From positions 64,001 through 128,000 of the forward strand of contig CAVVKN010000006.1 in the NCBI GenBank assembly GCA_963748825.1: a DNA stretch of 64,000 nucleotides, given 5' to 3'. Position numbers and translations under genes: made by a program. This DNA comes from Methanotrichaceae archaeon (GTDB taxonomy: Archaea > Halobacteriota > Methanosarcinia > Methanotrichales > Methanotrichaceae). Below, piece by piece: positions 31,380 through 40,087 of this stretch. How positions within the stretch are numbered: the first letter of the stretch is position 1; every line of letters begins with the position of its first letter. Below the pieces are notes generated by a model, which did no database searches, was not told where the DNA came from, and worked only from the letters and a program-made list of their open reading frames with translations.

Positions 31380-31624
31380 GGATAGATATCCGGGGCCTAG
31401 CTTAAAGTGCGAAGGGTTTTAGGGGACTAATCGCCCTTGCCGCCGATCCCAGGAATGGGACGGACTGGCCGAGCGCAGCTGCCCTCAGGCATATGCTCGA
31501 ACGAGTTAAGCAGAGGCACTTCTTAAAGCTCACAAACGAGGGCCGATGGTCGAGAAACATAATCCACCCCTACCTTCATCTCGACCTGAGCCAGCTACAT
31601 GGTATAGAGCAGCTCTGCGGTTGC

Positions 31625-31807
31625 TCAAGGCTTAATATAAGCATTCAATCCGATGGTGATCGGCTTATCATTAACTTTAGCGGTAGTAACGATATTCCCA
31701 TGTGTACTTGCAACAACAAGGGTTTTACCGGATGACGATGGGGTTGGTTCTTCCAGGTCAATTTCTATGAATAGCTTGTTATCCTTGATTTCTACTTTCA
31801 TAGTCAT
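31625..31807 (-). CDS. Small conserved hypothetical protein (SSSGKTLVVASTHGN family)
   Basis: AGGAG SD; 60 aa; motif recalled as a widespread uncharacterised family. Confidence 0.7.
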   Translation of the reverse strand: MTMKVEIKDNKLFIEIDLEEPTPSSSGKTLVVASTHGNIVTTAKVNDKPITIGLNAYIKP

Positions 31808-32114
31808 ACGAGTTCTCCTATTGGCCATTTTTTCGACATGCTCATCTATTACCCTTTCCCTGAGAGATCCTCAGACATTTTTCGATGATTTTCGCGTTGC
31901 AACCATTTATTACTTTTCCTGTGGGTCTCTTTTTCTTTAGCGGTTGAGAAATCGTTAGCGGCGTGTTCGGGTCGTTGCCTCCAGAAGGATAACCCTCCAC
32001 CCAGTAATTCATTTCATACTATTCTCGCAGATCCTCAATGTTTCAAATGTGGCAGTCCCAATGTCTTTTGGTCCGCTTTTCATCCAGCCAACGAATTCCT
32101 TGGCGATCTGGCTT

Positions 32115-32232
32115 GGCGGGAAGTCGCTGCAGGAGATCCAGGAGATCACCTTCGAGATCGGCATGCCGGGCAAGTACGGGCTGGATATCAATGATCCCCA
32201 GGAGAGCCACGTCCTGCGAGCACTGCCGGGAA
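32115..32232 (+). pseudogene. Fragment of TPR-protein C-terminal domain
   Basis: GC-rich; GKSLQEIQEITFEIGMPGKYGLDINDPQESHVLRALPG; fits the part missing from 34255-34707 (recalled family architecture). Confidence 0.5.
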
Positions 32233-32390
32233 GTGGCTGTTCAGGGCATCGGCCAGCAGCTCCACGGGGGCGACCAGGACGCTGAAGGTTTCGGGGAGCA
32301 GGGAGACGGTCGGGTGGAGATCGATATCCATGATAGGATATGGGTGGCTCTGGGGATATGAGGGCGAGGCAAGGGGGCGGGGCGAAAGTG
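32232..32390 (-). pseudogene. Copy (C): promoter and 5' end of the PolB2-cassette first gene
   Basis: MDIDLHPTVSLLPETFSVLVAP matches MDFELLPTVSLRSRSFNALTAP; upstream GGGGATATGAGGGCGAG...GCGGGGCGAAAGTG shared with 43022-43058. Confidence 0.85.
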
Positions 32391-32469
32391 AACGGGACGC
32401 TGTTAGTTATTCTTGTCTCAATACTACGATAAAAAGAGCCAGCTCATCGCTGGCGTTTTCAAATATCTA

Positions 32470-34161
32470 TCAATCAGACTTAAGATTTGCAGCTTGATTC
32501 ACCTGCCTCCCGCCTATATAAGTCGCTAAGACCTTTGGGTTGTCTTTGGAAAATTTATCCAATGGCACAGAATAAAGATCCTGGTCGTACACAACTATAT
32601 CGGCTTTATAGCCAGGATATAGAACGCCGGTATCGTTTCTCGATGTGGTGGCCGTGCTGCCGATAGTGAAGCCGTGAACGACCTCTCTGACACTGAGGGG
32701 CAAGTGCATTTTCGGATCTCCTCCGCCAGTTACTGCAACACTGATCACCATCGTGGCTGGAGAATATTCGGGAGGAGAAACGCTAAAATCTGTGCTGATT
32801 CCGACTGGGATTCCGCTATCGATAAGTTTTTTTATGGGATACGCCTGTTCATTGTGTTTTCCGTAATAATAGGCAGTATCGTCTTCTACAGACCAAAACG
32901 CAGGCTGGACAGTCATAGCGACATGGCCATCGAATTTTTTGATCCTTTCGATTTGCTCATCGTTAGGGAATCCCATATGTATCAGGGTATGAACTCCTGT
33001 GAGCTTACCTTTTTCGGCTACTACTTTATCGAGCGCGTCAAGTACCGCCTCGATAGCCAGGTCTCCCTGCACATGGTAGTGCATGTTCATCCCGTACTCT
33101 TCAACTTTCTCGACTATGCGTGTGAGGTTCTTCTCCGGTCCGCCTGTATCATTGGTATAAATTTCCTGAATACCATGGTTGCCCTGAAGATTTTGCCAGC
33201 TGGTCCAGGCTTGGCCTCCGGCAAAAGCTCCATCCACAAAGATCTTGCAGCCCAGAAATCGTACCATGTCGGTATCATTGCCTCTGTATTTTGCAGCGTC
33301 ATCTACATCACTCAAGTTAAATATCGTATAGCAGTAGTTGATCCGCAACGGCAGAGTTCCTTCTTTTTCCATCTCATAAAAAAGCTCGGGTCTCATAAAC
33401 CGCACGCCAGTTGCACCCATCAGGTCTACTGCCCCCGTATAACCGAGGGAGGACCAGCGTTTTAGCAGAAGAAGCGTACCTTTCTTTATGTCTTCACCAT
33501 CGAACATGGCGAACATTTTATTCCACGGCAGTATCATGGAAGATTCCCGTAGCATACCTGTAAGCCTGCCATCTTCTACACCCATCTTTCCTCCAATCGG
33601 CACGTTGGTAGCCGGAGTGAGCCCGATCAAGTTCATCGCAGCAGTATTAATGACCGCGTTATGTCCGAGTTTATCACCCAGGAATGCTGGCCGGTTGCCG
33701 GTCACTTTATCTATTTTAGCGAGATCTTCAAGAGACCAATTATCGTAATCTTGGAGAGAGAAGCCTGCCCCAAGGATCGTTCTGTTTCCCGGAATGGATT
33801 TGACTTTATCCGCCAGGACCTTTGCTATAGAATTCGAATCGTTGCAGCCTATCAGGTTCGCTCCCACATAGAAGAAGTACCCCGTTTCCATCAAGTGCAC
33901 GTGGCTATCAATAAAACCGGGATACGCAGCGGACCCATTTAGATCAATGATTGAAGCATCTTTATGCTGCTCTGCGCTGGCATTTATTGCTTTGACCACG
34001 CCGTTTATCACTAGAAGATTATCTACTTTTTTTTCTTCATCAATATAAATTGATCCGTTGGTGAAAAGCTGAACACTGTCATGCTCTGCGGCATTTCCGA
34101 GAAAAGGCCACAAGAAAAACAGGACTAAAATAATACTAAGAAAGCTCTCAATTTTTTTCAT
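32470..34161 (-). CDS. Secreted amidohydrolase 3 family (YtcJ-like) protein
   Basis: Signal peptide; PGFIDSHVH, KIFVDG, HVQGD.A, STDFSV, G.L.PGYKAD. Confidence 0.88.
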   Translation of the reverse strand: MKKIESFLSIILVLFFLWPFLGNAAEHDSVQLFTNGSIYIDEEKKVDNLLVINGVVKAINASAEQHKDASIIDLNGSAAYPGFIDSHVHLMETGYFFYVGANLIGCNDSNSIAKVLADKVKSIPGNRTILGAGFSLQDYDNWSLEDLAKIDKVTGNRPAFLGDKLGHNAVINTAAMNLIGLTPATNVPIGGKMGVEDGRLTGMLRESSMILPWNKMFAMFDGEDIKKGTLLLLKRWSSLGYTGAVDLMGATGVRFMRPELFYEMEKEGTLPLRINYCYTIFNLSDVDDAAKYRGNDTDMVRFLGCKIFVDGAFAGGQAWTSWQNLQGNHGIQEIYTNDTGGPEKNLTRIVEKVEEYGMNMHYHVQGDLAIEAVLDALDKVVAEKGKLTGVHTLIHMGFPNDEQIERIKKFDGHVAMTVQPAFWSVEDDTAYYYGKHNEQAYPIKKLIDSGIPVGISTDFSVSPPEYSPATMVISVAVTGGGDPKMHLPLSVREVVHGFTIGSTATTSRNDTGVLYPGYKADIVVYDQDLYSVPLDKFSKDNPKVLATYIGGRQVNQAANLKSD

Positions 34162-34254
34162 GTTTTAAGTTTTCCCTCCTTGCTTAACTTAATTAATTTG
34201 TGGTTAATGTATTTAACTTTATCAGATCAGACCAATCCTTGAAAAATCTACCCG

Positions 34255-34707
34255 AAACCATCCAGCTCGTCCCCGTACCACGTAGCCCTGGCGCTCGGCT
34301 ACCTGCGGGCGGGCGACCTGCTGCGGGCCAAGGAGTACACCATGCAGGCTCTTGCCGCCGATCCCAGGAATCCCGTGGCCCTCAAAAACCTGGGCGCCAT
34401 CCTCGGCAAGGAAGGCAACAGCCTGCGGGCTCTCTACTATCTGCGCCGCTCCTACGAGATCGATCCCCTGGACCCGCAGACCGTGTACGGCCTCGCCTTC
34501 GCCCGTTGAACCGGAGACATGGAGCCGGCCCAGAAGCATTTCCAAAAGGTGCTGGAGATGGAGGCACCCGAGGAGCTGCGCGTTCTGGCCAGAGATGCAC
34601 TGCGCAAGATTGCGGCGCGAGAGTTCAAGGCCAGGGGGCCACGCATGGATATCGGGGTGGATCTGGGCGAGGAATGGGGGATGGCGGAGAGGCTGTTGCC
34701 GAAATAG
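34255..34707 (+). pseudogene. TPR protein remnant (5'-truncated, internal stop/frameshift and deletion)
   Basis: HVALALGYLRAG...ALAADPRNPVALKNLGAILGKEG...DPLDPQTVYGLA, then KHFQKVLEM...RMDIGVDLGEEWGMAERL. Confidence 0.7.
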
Positions 34708-34779
34708 TTGCATCTTGCTTACGGGTATCCGCTGAAGTGCCGAAAGTTATATCTGCTTTACAATCTTTACAAGATCACC

Positions 34780-34965
34780 ATGCTTGCCACAAAGCGAGTA
34801 GCAGTTACTGAGCCTGTATGGGCCGAGCTATCCGATCTCAGGAAACCGGGGGAGACCTTCAACCAGCTCCTCGCAGAGATGATCGAACGAGAAAAGAAGG
34901 CTCGTTTGATCGAGCGTCTGTTGCAGATTGCCGATGAAGGCGACTATGTGGAGTTGCCTCCTTGA
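34780..34965 (+). CDS. Putative antitoxin
   Basis: TKRVAVTEPVWAELSDLRKPGETFNQLL; BRE/TATA CGAAAGTTATAT upstream; overlaps toxin start. Confidence 0.75.
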   Translation: MLATKRVAVTEPVWAELSDLRKPGETFNQLLAEMIEREKKARLIERLLQIADEGDYVELPP

Positions 34966-35252
34966 GCCGCAAGGTGGTTATCGATAGAAAGACTCTGTTA
35001 TATCTATCAGAGCTCCCAGAGAAGAGCCAGCGGCTTATTAAAGAGAAGTGCCACGCCCTTGCCGAAGATCCCTTCCCAGGCCAGGGAGGTGATAAGGAGC
35101 TGCTGCATCTCGAATTCAAATTCTATCGATTGCATATTGGTCGATCGTTCACTGTGTTTTATCAAATCTGCGAGGAGGAGGAGCTTGTCAAGATCCTAGA
35201 GATCGTGACTATCGACAAAGCACACAAGCTTTACAAGCATTTCGAGGGGTGA
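34962..35252 (+). CDS. RelE/ParE family toxin
   Basis: LAEDPFPG, YRLHIGRSFTVFYQI, AHK.Y. Confidence 0.8.
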   Translation: MSRKVVIDRKTLLYLSELPEKSQRLIKEKCHALAEDPFPGQGGDKELLHLEFKFYRLHIGRSFTVFYQICEEEELVKILEIVTIDKAHKLYKHFEG

Positions 35253-35358
35253 TGCATGCGCATAGACGCCGCTTATTCTCTTCAATCCGGGTGCGCCTTT
35301 TATCTACCTTTTTAATATTCTATTTCCTGTGGAAACCGGAATCAGACGGCTCAAAGCA

Positions 35359-35402
35359 GTTCTATGATATTATTAAGAGTCTTAAGTAAGATGCCATAGA
35401 AC
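35359..35402. repeat. Inverted repeat GTTCTATG-N28-CATAGAAC in the promoter of the 126-aa gene
   Basis: Same arms and spacing at 50218-50261. Confidence 0.7.
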
Positions 35403-35410
35403 TATATTGC

Positions 35411-35791
35411 ATGCACCGTACCCCCTCCGGCGATCGCCGCCAGGCCCTCCAGAAGGAAGCCCGGGAGCTGGCCAGGGACGCCCGAATCCTGCAGAAGGTC
35501 GCCCGTGCACCCGCGGCCCGCAGGGAGGCAGAGAGGCTGCAAGGAGAGGCGGAGGCGGCCCTGGCAGAGGCCGAGGCCCTCAAGCACCAGGCCAGGCTGG
35601 AGGATCTCACAGTATGGAAGATGGAGAAGGTCAAGCAGAGCCGAAAGGGCTCCAAGACCTACACCTACTGGATGGCCTCCTGGCGCGAGGACGGCAAGAC
35701 GCGCAATGTGCACCTGGGGAGCGCCAGGAAGATGGATGCCGAGGCGGCAAGGCAGAAGGCCAGGAAGATGAAGGCGGAAGCATTAGGATAG
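35411..35791 (+). CDS. 126-aa coiled-coil plus putative beta-sheet DNA-binding protein
   Basis: Ala/Glu/Arg helix, then KTYTYWMASWREDGKTRNVHLG, similar to the IS1634 transposase N-terminus in this window. Confidence 0.75.
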   Translation: MHRTPSGDRRQALQKEARELARDARILQKVARAPAARREAERLQGEAEAALAEAEALKHQARLEDLTVWKMEKVKQSRKGSKTYTYWMASWREDGKTRNVHLGSARKMDAEAARQKARKMKAEALG

Positions 35792-35831
35792 CAAGCCAAA
35801 GAATAGACAGCGGGATAGATTCAAGAAGAGG

Positions 35832-36383
35832 TTAAAGCAGTCCCATGTTCTCAAGCTGCATCCTGACGATCCGTGCCCCTTCTTCGCACTCCTCCGGCGA
35901 TTTGCCGCCCGTGATCACCAGTTTGCCGGAGCTGAAGATGAGCACTACCACTTTGGGCACCTTGATCCTGTAGACCAGCCCAGGAAACTGCTCCGGCTCG
36001 TACTCGATGTTCTCCAGGCCCAGGCCCAGGGCGACGGCGTTTAAGTTCAAGTCCGACTTCAGGTCTGCGGAGGCCACAATATTCTGAACGTGGATCTCAG
36101 GCTCCATATCGATCTTCTCGAAGCCCATGGACTTGAGCGTCTTGGCCAGGGTGGCGATGACCATGCGAACATCCTCGACGTTCTTGGATCCGGTGCATAC
36201 TACCTTGCCGGAAGTGAATATGAGAAAAGCAGCTTTAGGGGCCTTGACTCTGTAGATGAGACCGGGAAACTTCTCCTTGTTATAATCGGCGCCCTCCAGC
36301 TCGGCTTCGATCTTGGGCAGATCGAACGCATCCGCCAGCTTGGTGGATGCCACCACGTTCACGATATCTATTGTGGACTTCAT
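35832..36383 (-). CDS. tbp: TATA-box-binding protein (island-borne copy)
   Basis: Two TBP repeats: [23 protein letters not shown]; [29 protein letters not shown]. Confidence 0.95.
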   Translation of the reverse strand: MKSTIDIVNVVASTKLADAFDLPKIEAELEGADYNKEKFPGLIYRVKAPKAAFLIFTSGKVVCTGSKNVEDVRMVIATLAKTLKSMGFEKIDMEPEIHVQNIVASADLKSDLNLNAVALGLGLENIEYEPEQFPGLVYRIKVPKVVVLIFSSGKLVITGGKSPEECEEGARIVRMQLENMGLL

Positions 36384-36775
36384 ATGCACGTATGTCTCTA
36401 AACCTCTCTTTATATAGTCCGGCATTGGGCCTGTGGTGGGCCCTGAAAAATGCCGCCGGCATCAAACGGAGGATTCATTTCGCAAATCTGGCCAACGTCG
36501 CTTTCCTGCGCGTCCATTTCTGCGACTCACGCTGTAGATCTTCTTGCTCTATTGCTTGCCGGCCCGCCCTGCCAACCAAGTTGTCTCTGTTTTTCCTGGG
36601 ACGCCCCATACTCATCCCCACTGATATAATATACTCTAATTTGATTTCTACATTTGAATTCAGAACTATACACTTGCATTATGTTAATATTATATAAATC
36701 TAATGGTTTGGTCTACATTGCACGATTTGTTCCGGTTCCGTTTAACGATAACTTGGTTTTTAAGAAATTATTTAT

Positions 36776-37192
36776 ATGATTATGATATTTGTCAGAAGCG
36801 TAGGAGGAAGCATCATCAGAGAAGTTACTATCAAGGTCGCAGACAAAAAGGACTTGGAGTTCATGCTGGGCCTGGAGAGCCTGGGCATGAAAAGAACCGT
36901 GGCCTGCGTCATAGCATTTCTCAAGGATCAGAAAGAGAGATCTGCCAGGGATATCGAGGTGGCCACCGGCCTGAGGCAGCCGGAAGTCAGCATTGCCATG
37001 CAAACCCTGAGGGAAAGGGACTGGCTCACTGAGCATGAGATCAAGAGCAGCGGAAAAGGCAGACCCTTGAAAATCTATGCTTTACGAGCGACCATCGATG
37101 AAATCATAAATTATTGCGAAGCTGAGAAAAGCAGGGAATCTGCCAGGTTCTCTGAGGCCATCCAGAGGCTGAAGGAACTGAGCTCGGCATAA
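36776..37192 (+). CDS. Predicted transcriptional regulator (COG4738/ArsR-like HTH), copy 1
   Basis: RDIEVATGLRQPEVSIAM, GKGRPLKIYAL; start may be ATC at 36812/36815. Confidence 0.85.
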   Translation: MIMIFVRSVGGSIIREVTIKVADKKDLEFMLGLESLGMKRTVACVIAFLKDQKERSARDIEVATGLRQPEVSIAMQTLRERDWLTEHEIKSSGKGRPLKIYALRATIDEIINYCEAEKSRESARFSEAIQRLKELSSA

Positions 37193-37289
37193 GCTCAGAA
37201 GGAGATCACTCCTTCGTGGATCTTCGCGCCCAGGCCCACCGCCTCCTCGACTGCTGCCAGGTCCTTCATCAAAAGTAAAAGAGATGACT

Positions 37290-37388
37290 GGAGCCAGCCA
37301 TAAAGGGAGTATACGGGGTGACTGCCTCCAATTAACAAGTAGTAGTAATAGTTAAAAAGGATCATCCGCGCGCCGCGAAAGTGATTTC
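37290..37388. repeat. About 100-bp repeated element, copy 1 (copy 2 at 39204-39304)
   Basis: GGAGCCAGCC...GGGAGTA...TAGTAGTAATAGTTAAAAAGGATCA...GCGAAAGTGATTTC shared by both. Confidence 0.8.
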
Positions 37389-37445
37389 AATGCTCACATT
37401 TGATTCTGCTCATGCAGATTACTTGGTCTTTAAGAAATTATTTAT

Positions 37446-37859
37446 ATGATTGTAATATTTATCAGATATATAGGAGGAAGCATCATCAAAGAAGTTACTA
37501 TCAGGGTTGCTGAAAAGGACATGGAGTTCGTGCAAGGACTGGAGAGCCTGGGCATGAAAAGAACCGTGGCCTGCGTCATAACATTCCTCAAAGATCAAAA
37601 CGAGAGATTTTTCAAAGAAATCGAAACGGCTACGAGACTGAGACAGCCGGAAATCAGCAGAGCCATGCAAATCTTGCGAGAAAATGGCTGGCTTACTGAG
37701 CATTATATTAAGGGCAACGGAAATGGCAGACCCTTGAAAATCTATGCATTACAAGCTACCATCGATGAGATCATAAATTATTACGAAGCTGAGAAAAGCA
37801 GGGAATCTACCATAACCTCTGAGGCAATCCAGAGGCTGAAGGAACTAAGCTCTGCATAA
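37446..37859 (+). CDS. Predicted transcriptional regulator, copy 2 (tandem duplicate)
   Basis: Near-identical to copy 1; duplicated unit 36751-37271 vs 37421-37937. Confidence 0.85.
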   Translation: MIVIFIRYIGGSIIKEVTIRVAEKDMEFVQGLESLGMKRTVACVITFLKDQNERFFKEIETATRLRQPEISRAMQILRENGWLTEHYIKGNGNGRPLKIYALQATIDEIINYYEAEKSRESTITSEAIQRLKELSSA

Positions 37860-37860
37860 A

Positions 37861-38268
37861 TCAGAAGGAGATCTCTCCTTCGTGGATCTTCGCGCCCAGG
37901 CCCACCGCCTCCTCGACTGCTGCCAGGTCCTTCATCAGGAATATCCTCTCGTTCGCAGCCTCCTTGAAGGCCACGGAGTTTTTCAGGATCTGCGCATACT
38001 TGGCGTGTTTGGGGAGCTGGACAACGTAGCCCTTCAGATCCTCCACCAGGTCGTAGTCGAAGCCATTTCGCTCCAGGAGCTTGAGAGCATTGTTCCTTGC
38101 GCCGATGGATTTGAACTCGAAGCGGTATAGGTTTTTGTTGTAATAGTCCAGCAACGCATTGAATAGCTCATGGTTATCGAAGAACTGCTTGAAGACCCAG
38201 AGCTTGCCGAGCTTGAAAAATGTGATAAGCTTACGCCTCTCTATCAAGTCGAAGGTATTGGCCTGCAT
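37861..38268 (-). CDS. Conserved hypothetical protein
   Basis: GAGGAG SD; its 3' end is duplicated at 37195-37271. Confidence 0.75.
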   Translation of the reverse strand: MQANTFDLIERRKLITFFKLGKLWVFKQFFDNHELFNALLDYYNKNLYRFEFKSIGARNNALKLLERNGFDYDLVEDLKGYVVQLPKHAKYAQILKNSVAFKEAANERIFLMKDLAAVEEAVGLGAKIHEGEISF

Positions 38269-38494
38269 GGGGAGCTCTCCTCGGCGTAATTATCACATTA
38301 ATTCGCGATAAATCTATGGGTAACTCATTGCCTATTGATTAGTACTATTACACCCCAGAAGCGAATCTTCGTGGACCAGCCTGCAAAAGTACTGATAAAT
38401 GGTAAGTAAAATAGTTTCGATAGGATCTGTCCAGTATTATTGTCAGATCTATACGTAATCGTCTATATGATTCTTAAAGGGTGTATTATGTTCT

Positions 38495-38767
38495 ATGAGA
38501 TATCTGCTCCCAATCATGGCCGCTTGCATCCTGATGGCCTTCATGAACACGGCCTTTGCCATGGGCGAAGATATTTCGGATTTGGAGAAACTTATCTCCG
38601 GCAATGAAGATACGCGCATGAATGCCCAGGATCTGGCTTTCTTCCTTGCCACTCATAATTACAACGCTATGCCAAGGGATGGCTATGTGGAGCTGAATCT
38701 GAACTGCATAATCTACAAACTCATCCCCAACAGCGAAAAACCAGGATTATGTGACATAGAATACTGA
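38495..38767 (+). CDS. Small secreted protein, copy 1
   Basis: Signal peptide ending TAFA; NED.RMN.QDLAFFLATHNY...DGYV...KPGLCD. Confidence 0.8.
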   Translation: MRYLLPIMAACILMAFMNTAFAMGEDISDLEKLISGNEDTRMNAQDLAFFLATHNYNAMPRDGYVELNLNCIIYKLIPNSEKPGLCDIEY

Positions 38768-38788
38768 ACTGGCAATTTGGAGGGATAT

Positions 38789-39064
38789 ATGATGACATCA
38801 AAAAGAAGGACTAACGACTTAATTGTATCGCAAATTTTGAAACTATGCGTGCCTGGTGCGAGCAAAACAAGGGTTGTGTATCAGGCCAATCTGAACTTCT
38901 TGACGGTAAATCCATATTTAAATAATTTGATAAAAAATGAATGCATTGAGGCAGTGCATGAGGGCTCCAGGGTTGTCTATAAAACTACGCCAAAAGGGAT
39001 GGATCTGAAAGAGAGATTTGAGCAGTTTCAGAGCGCGATAGGTGAGCTGTATGCATGTGTTTGA
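38789..39064 (+). CDS. Winged helix-turn-helix protein, paralog 2
   Basis: GASKTRVVYQANLNF...YKTTPKG. Confidence 0.85.
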   Translation: MMTSKRRTNDLIVSQILKLCVPGASKTRVVYQANLNFLTVNPYLNNLIKNECIEAVHEGSRVVYKTTPKGMDLKERFEQFQSAIGELYACV

Positions 39065-39203
39065 AGCCTGAGACCCTATGGAGCGAGAGTGCTGGTATAA
39101 TAGCAGTAACCAGCCGTTCTTGAGCTCCAATCCAAACCCACCTTCTTTTCTCCAACAGCTTACTTCATCAGGAATACCCTACGCCAGTGTAAAAAGAATA
39201 GCA

Positions 39204-39304
39204 GGAGCCAGCCGCAAAGGGAGTACGAGGGGGAGGCTGTCTCCATTCGAACAAATAGTAGTAATAGTTAAAAAGGATCACCCGTGCGTAGCGAAAGTGA
39301 TTTC
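39204..39304. repeat. About 100-bp repeated element, copy 2
   Basis: Matches 37290-37388. Confidence 0.8.
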
Positions 39305-39504
39305 TAGCATCTTCCGCCGCCTTCTCCTCCAATGGGATGCCACGAAAGCCCGCCAGAAGTTCCCTAACAGAAAAATCTTTCCTTAATCCTATATAAAAAT
39401 ACTAATCAATGTTAAGGATAATTGTTTCGATAGGATCTGTCTATTATCCTGATCAGATCTAGACGTAATCATCTATATGATCCTCAAAGAGTACATTGTA
39501 CTCT

Positions 39505-39789
39505 ATGAGAGGGAACACGAAATATCTGCTGGCAATCATGGCCGCTTGCATCCTAATGGCCTTCATGAACACGGCCTTCGCCATGAATGAAGATATTTCG
39601 GATTTGAAGAAACTTATCTCTGTCAACGAAGATATTCGCATGAATTCCCAGGACCTGGCCTTCTTCCTTGCTACCCATAATTACAGCACCGTTCCCAAAG
39701 ATGGTTATGTAAATGTAGATCTGAACGGCAAGATCTGTAGACTCGTTCCCAATGGCGATAAGCCGGGATTATGCGATACATCATTCTAG
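39505..39789 (+). CDS. Small secreted protein, copy 2
   Basis: Paralog of 38495-38767 with conserved upstream region. Confidence 0.8.
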   Translation: MRGNTKYLLAIMAACILMAFMNTAFAMNEDISDLKKLISVNEDIRMNSQDLAFFLATHNYSTVPKDGYVNVDLNGKICRLVPNGDKPGLCDTSF

Positions 39790-39805
39790 TCCAAGGAGCG
39801 GAATA

Positions 39806-40054
39806 ATGAAGAGAAACCGACAGGAAATAATCTCGCAAATACTGGAAATATGCATTAATGGAGCCAGTAAGACCAGAATTGTGTATCAGGCTAACCTCAA
39901 CTTCAAAATGGTAAATCCCTATCTGGATCTTCTGATTAAAAATGAGATGATACAGGTCAACGAAAAACAGGTTACGCTATACGAAACTACGCTGAAGGGC
40001 AAAAGTCTGCTGGAAAAAATGCAAAAAGTCCATGGTGAGCTATCTGAGTTGTGA
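39806..40054 (+). CDS. Winged helix-turn-helix protein, paralog 3
   Basis: MKRNRQEIISQILEICINGASKTRIVYQANLNF; very close to 27310 paralog. Confidence 0.85.
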   Translation: MKRNRQEIISQILEICINGASKTRIVYQANLNFKMVNPYLDLLIKNEMIQVNEKQVTLYETTLKGKSLLEKMQKVHGELSEL

Positions 40055-40087
40055 AGACCGGATCACTCACCAACCCACGCCGTCTCC

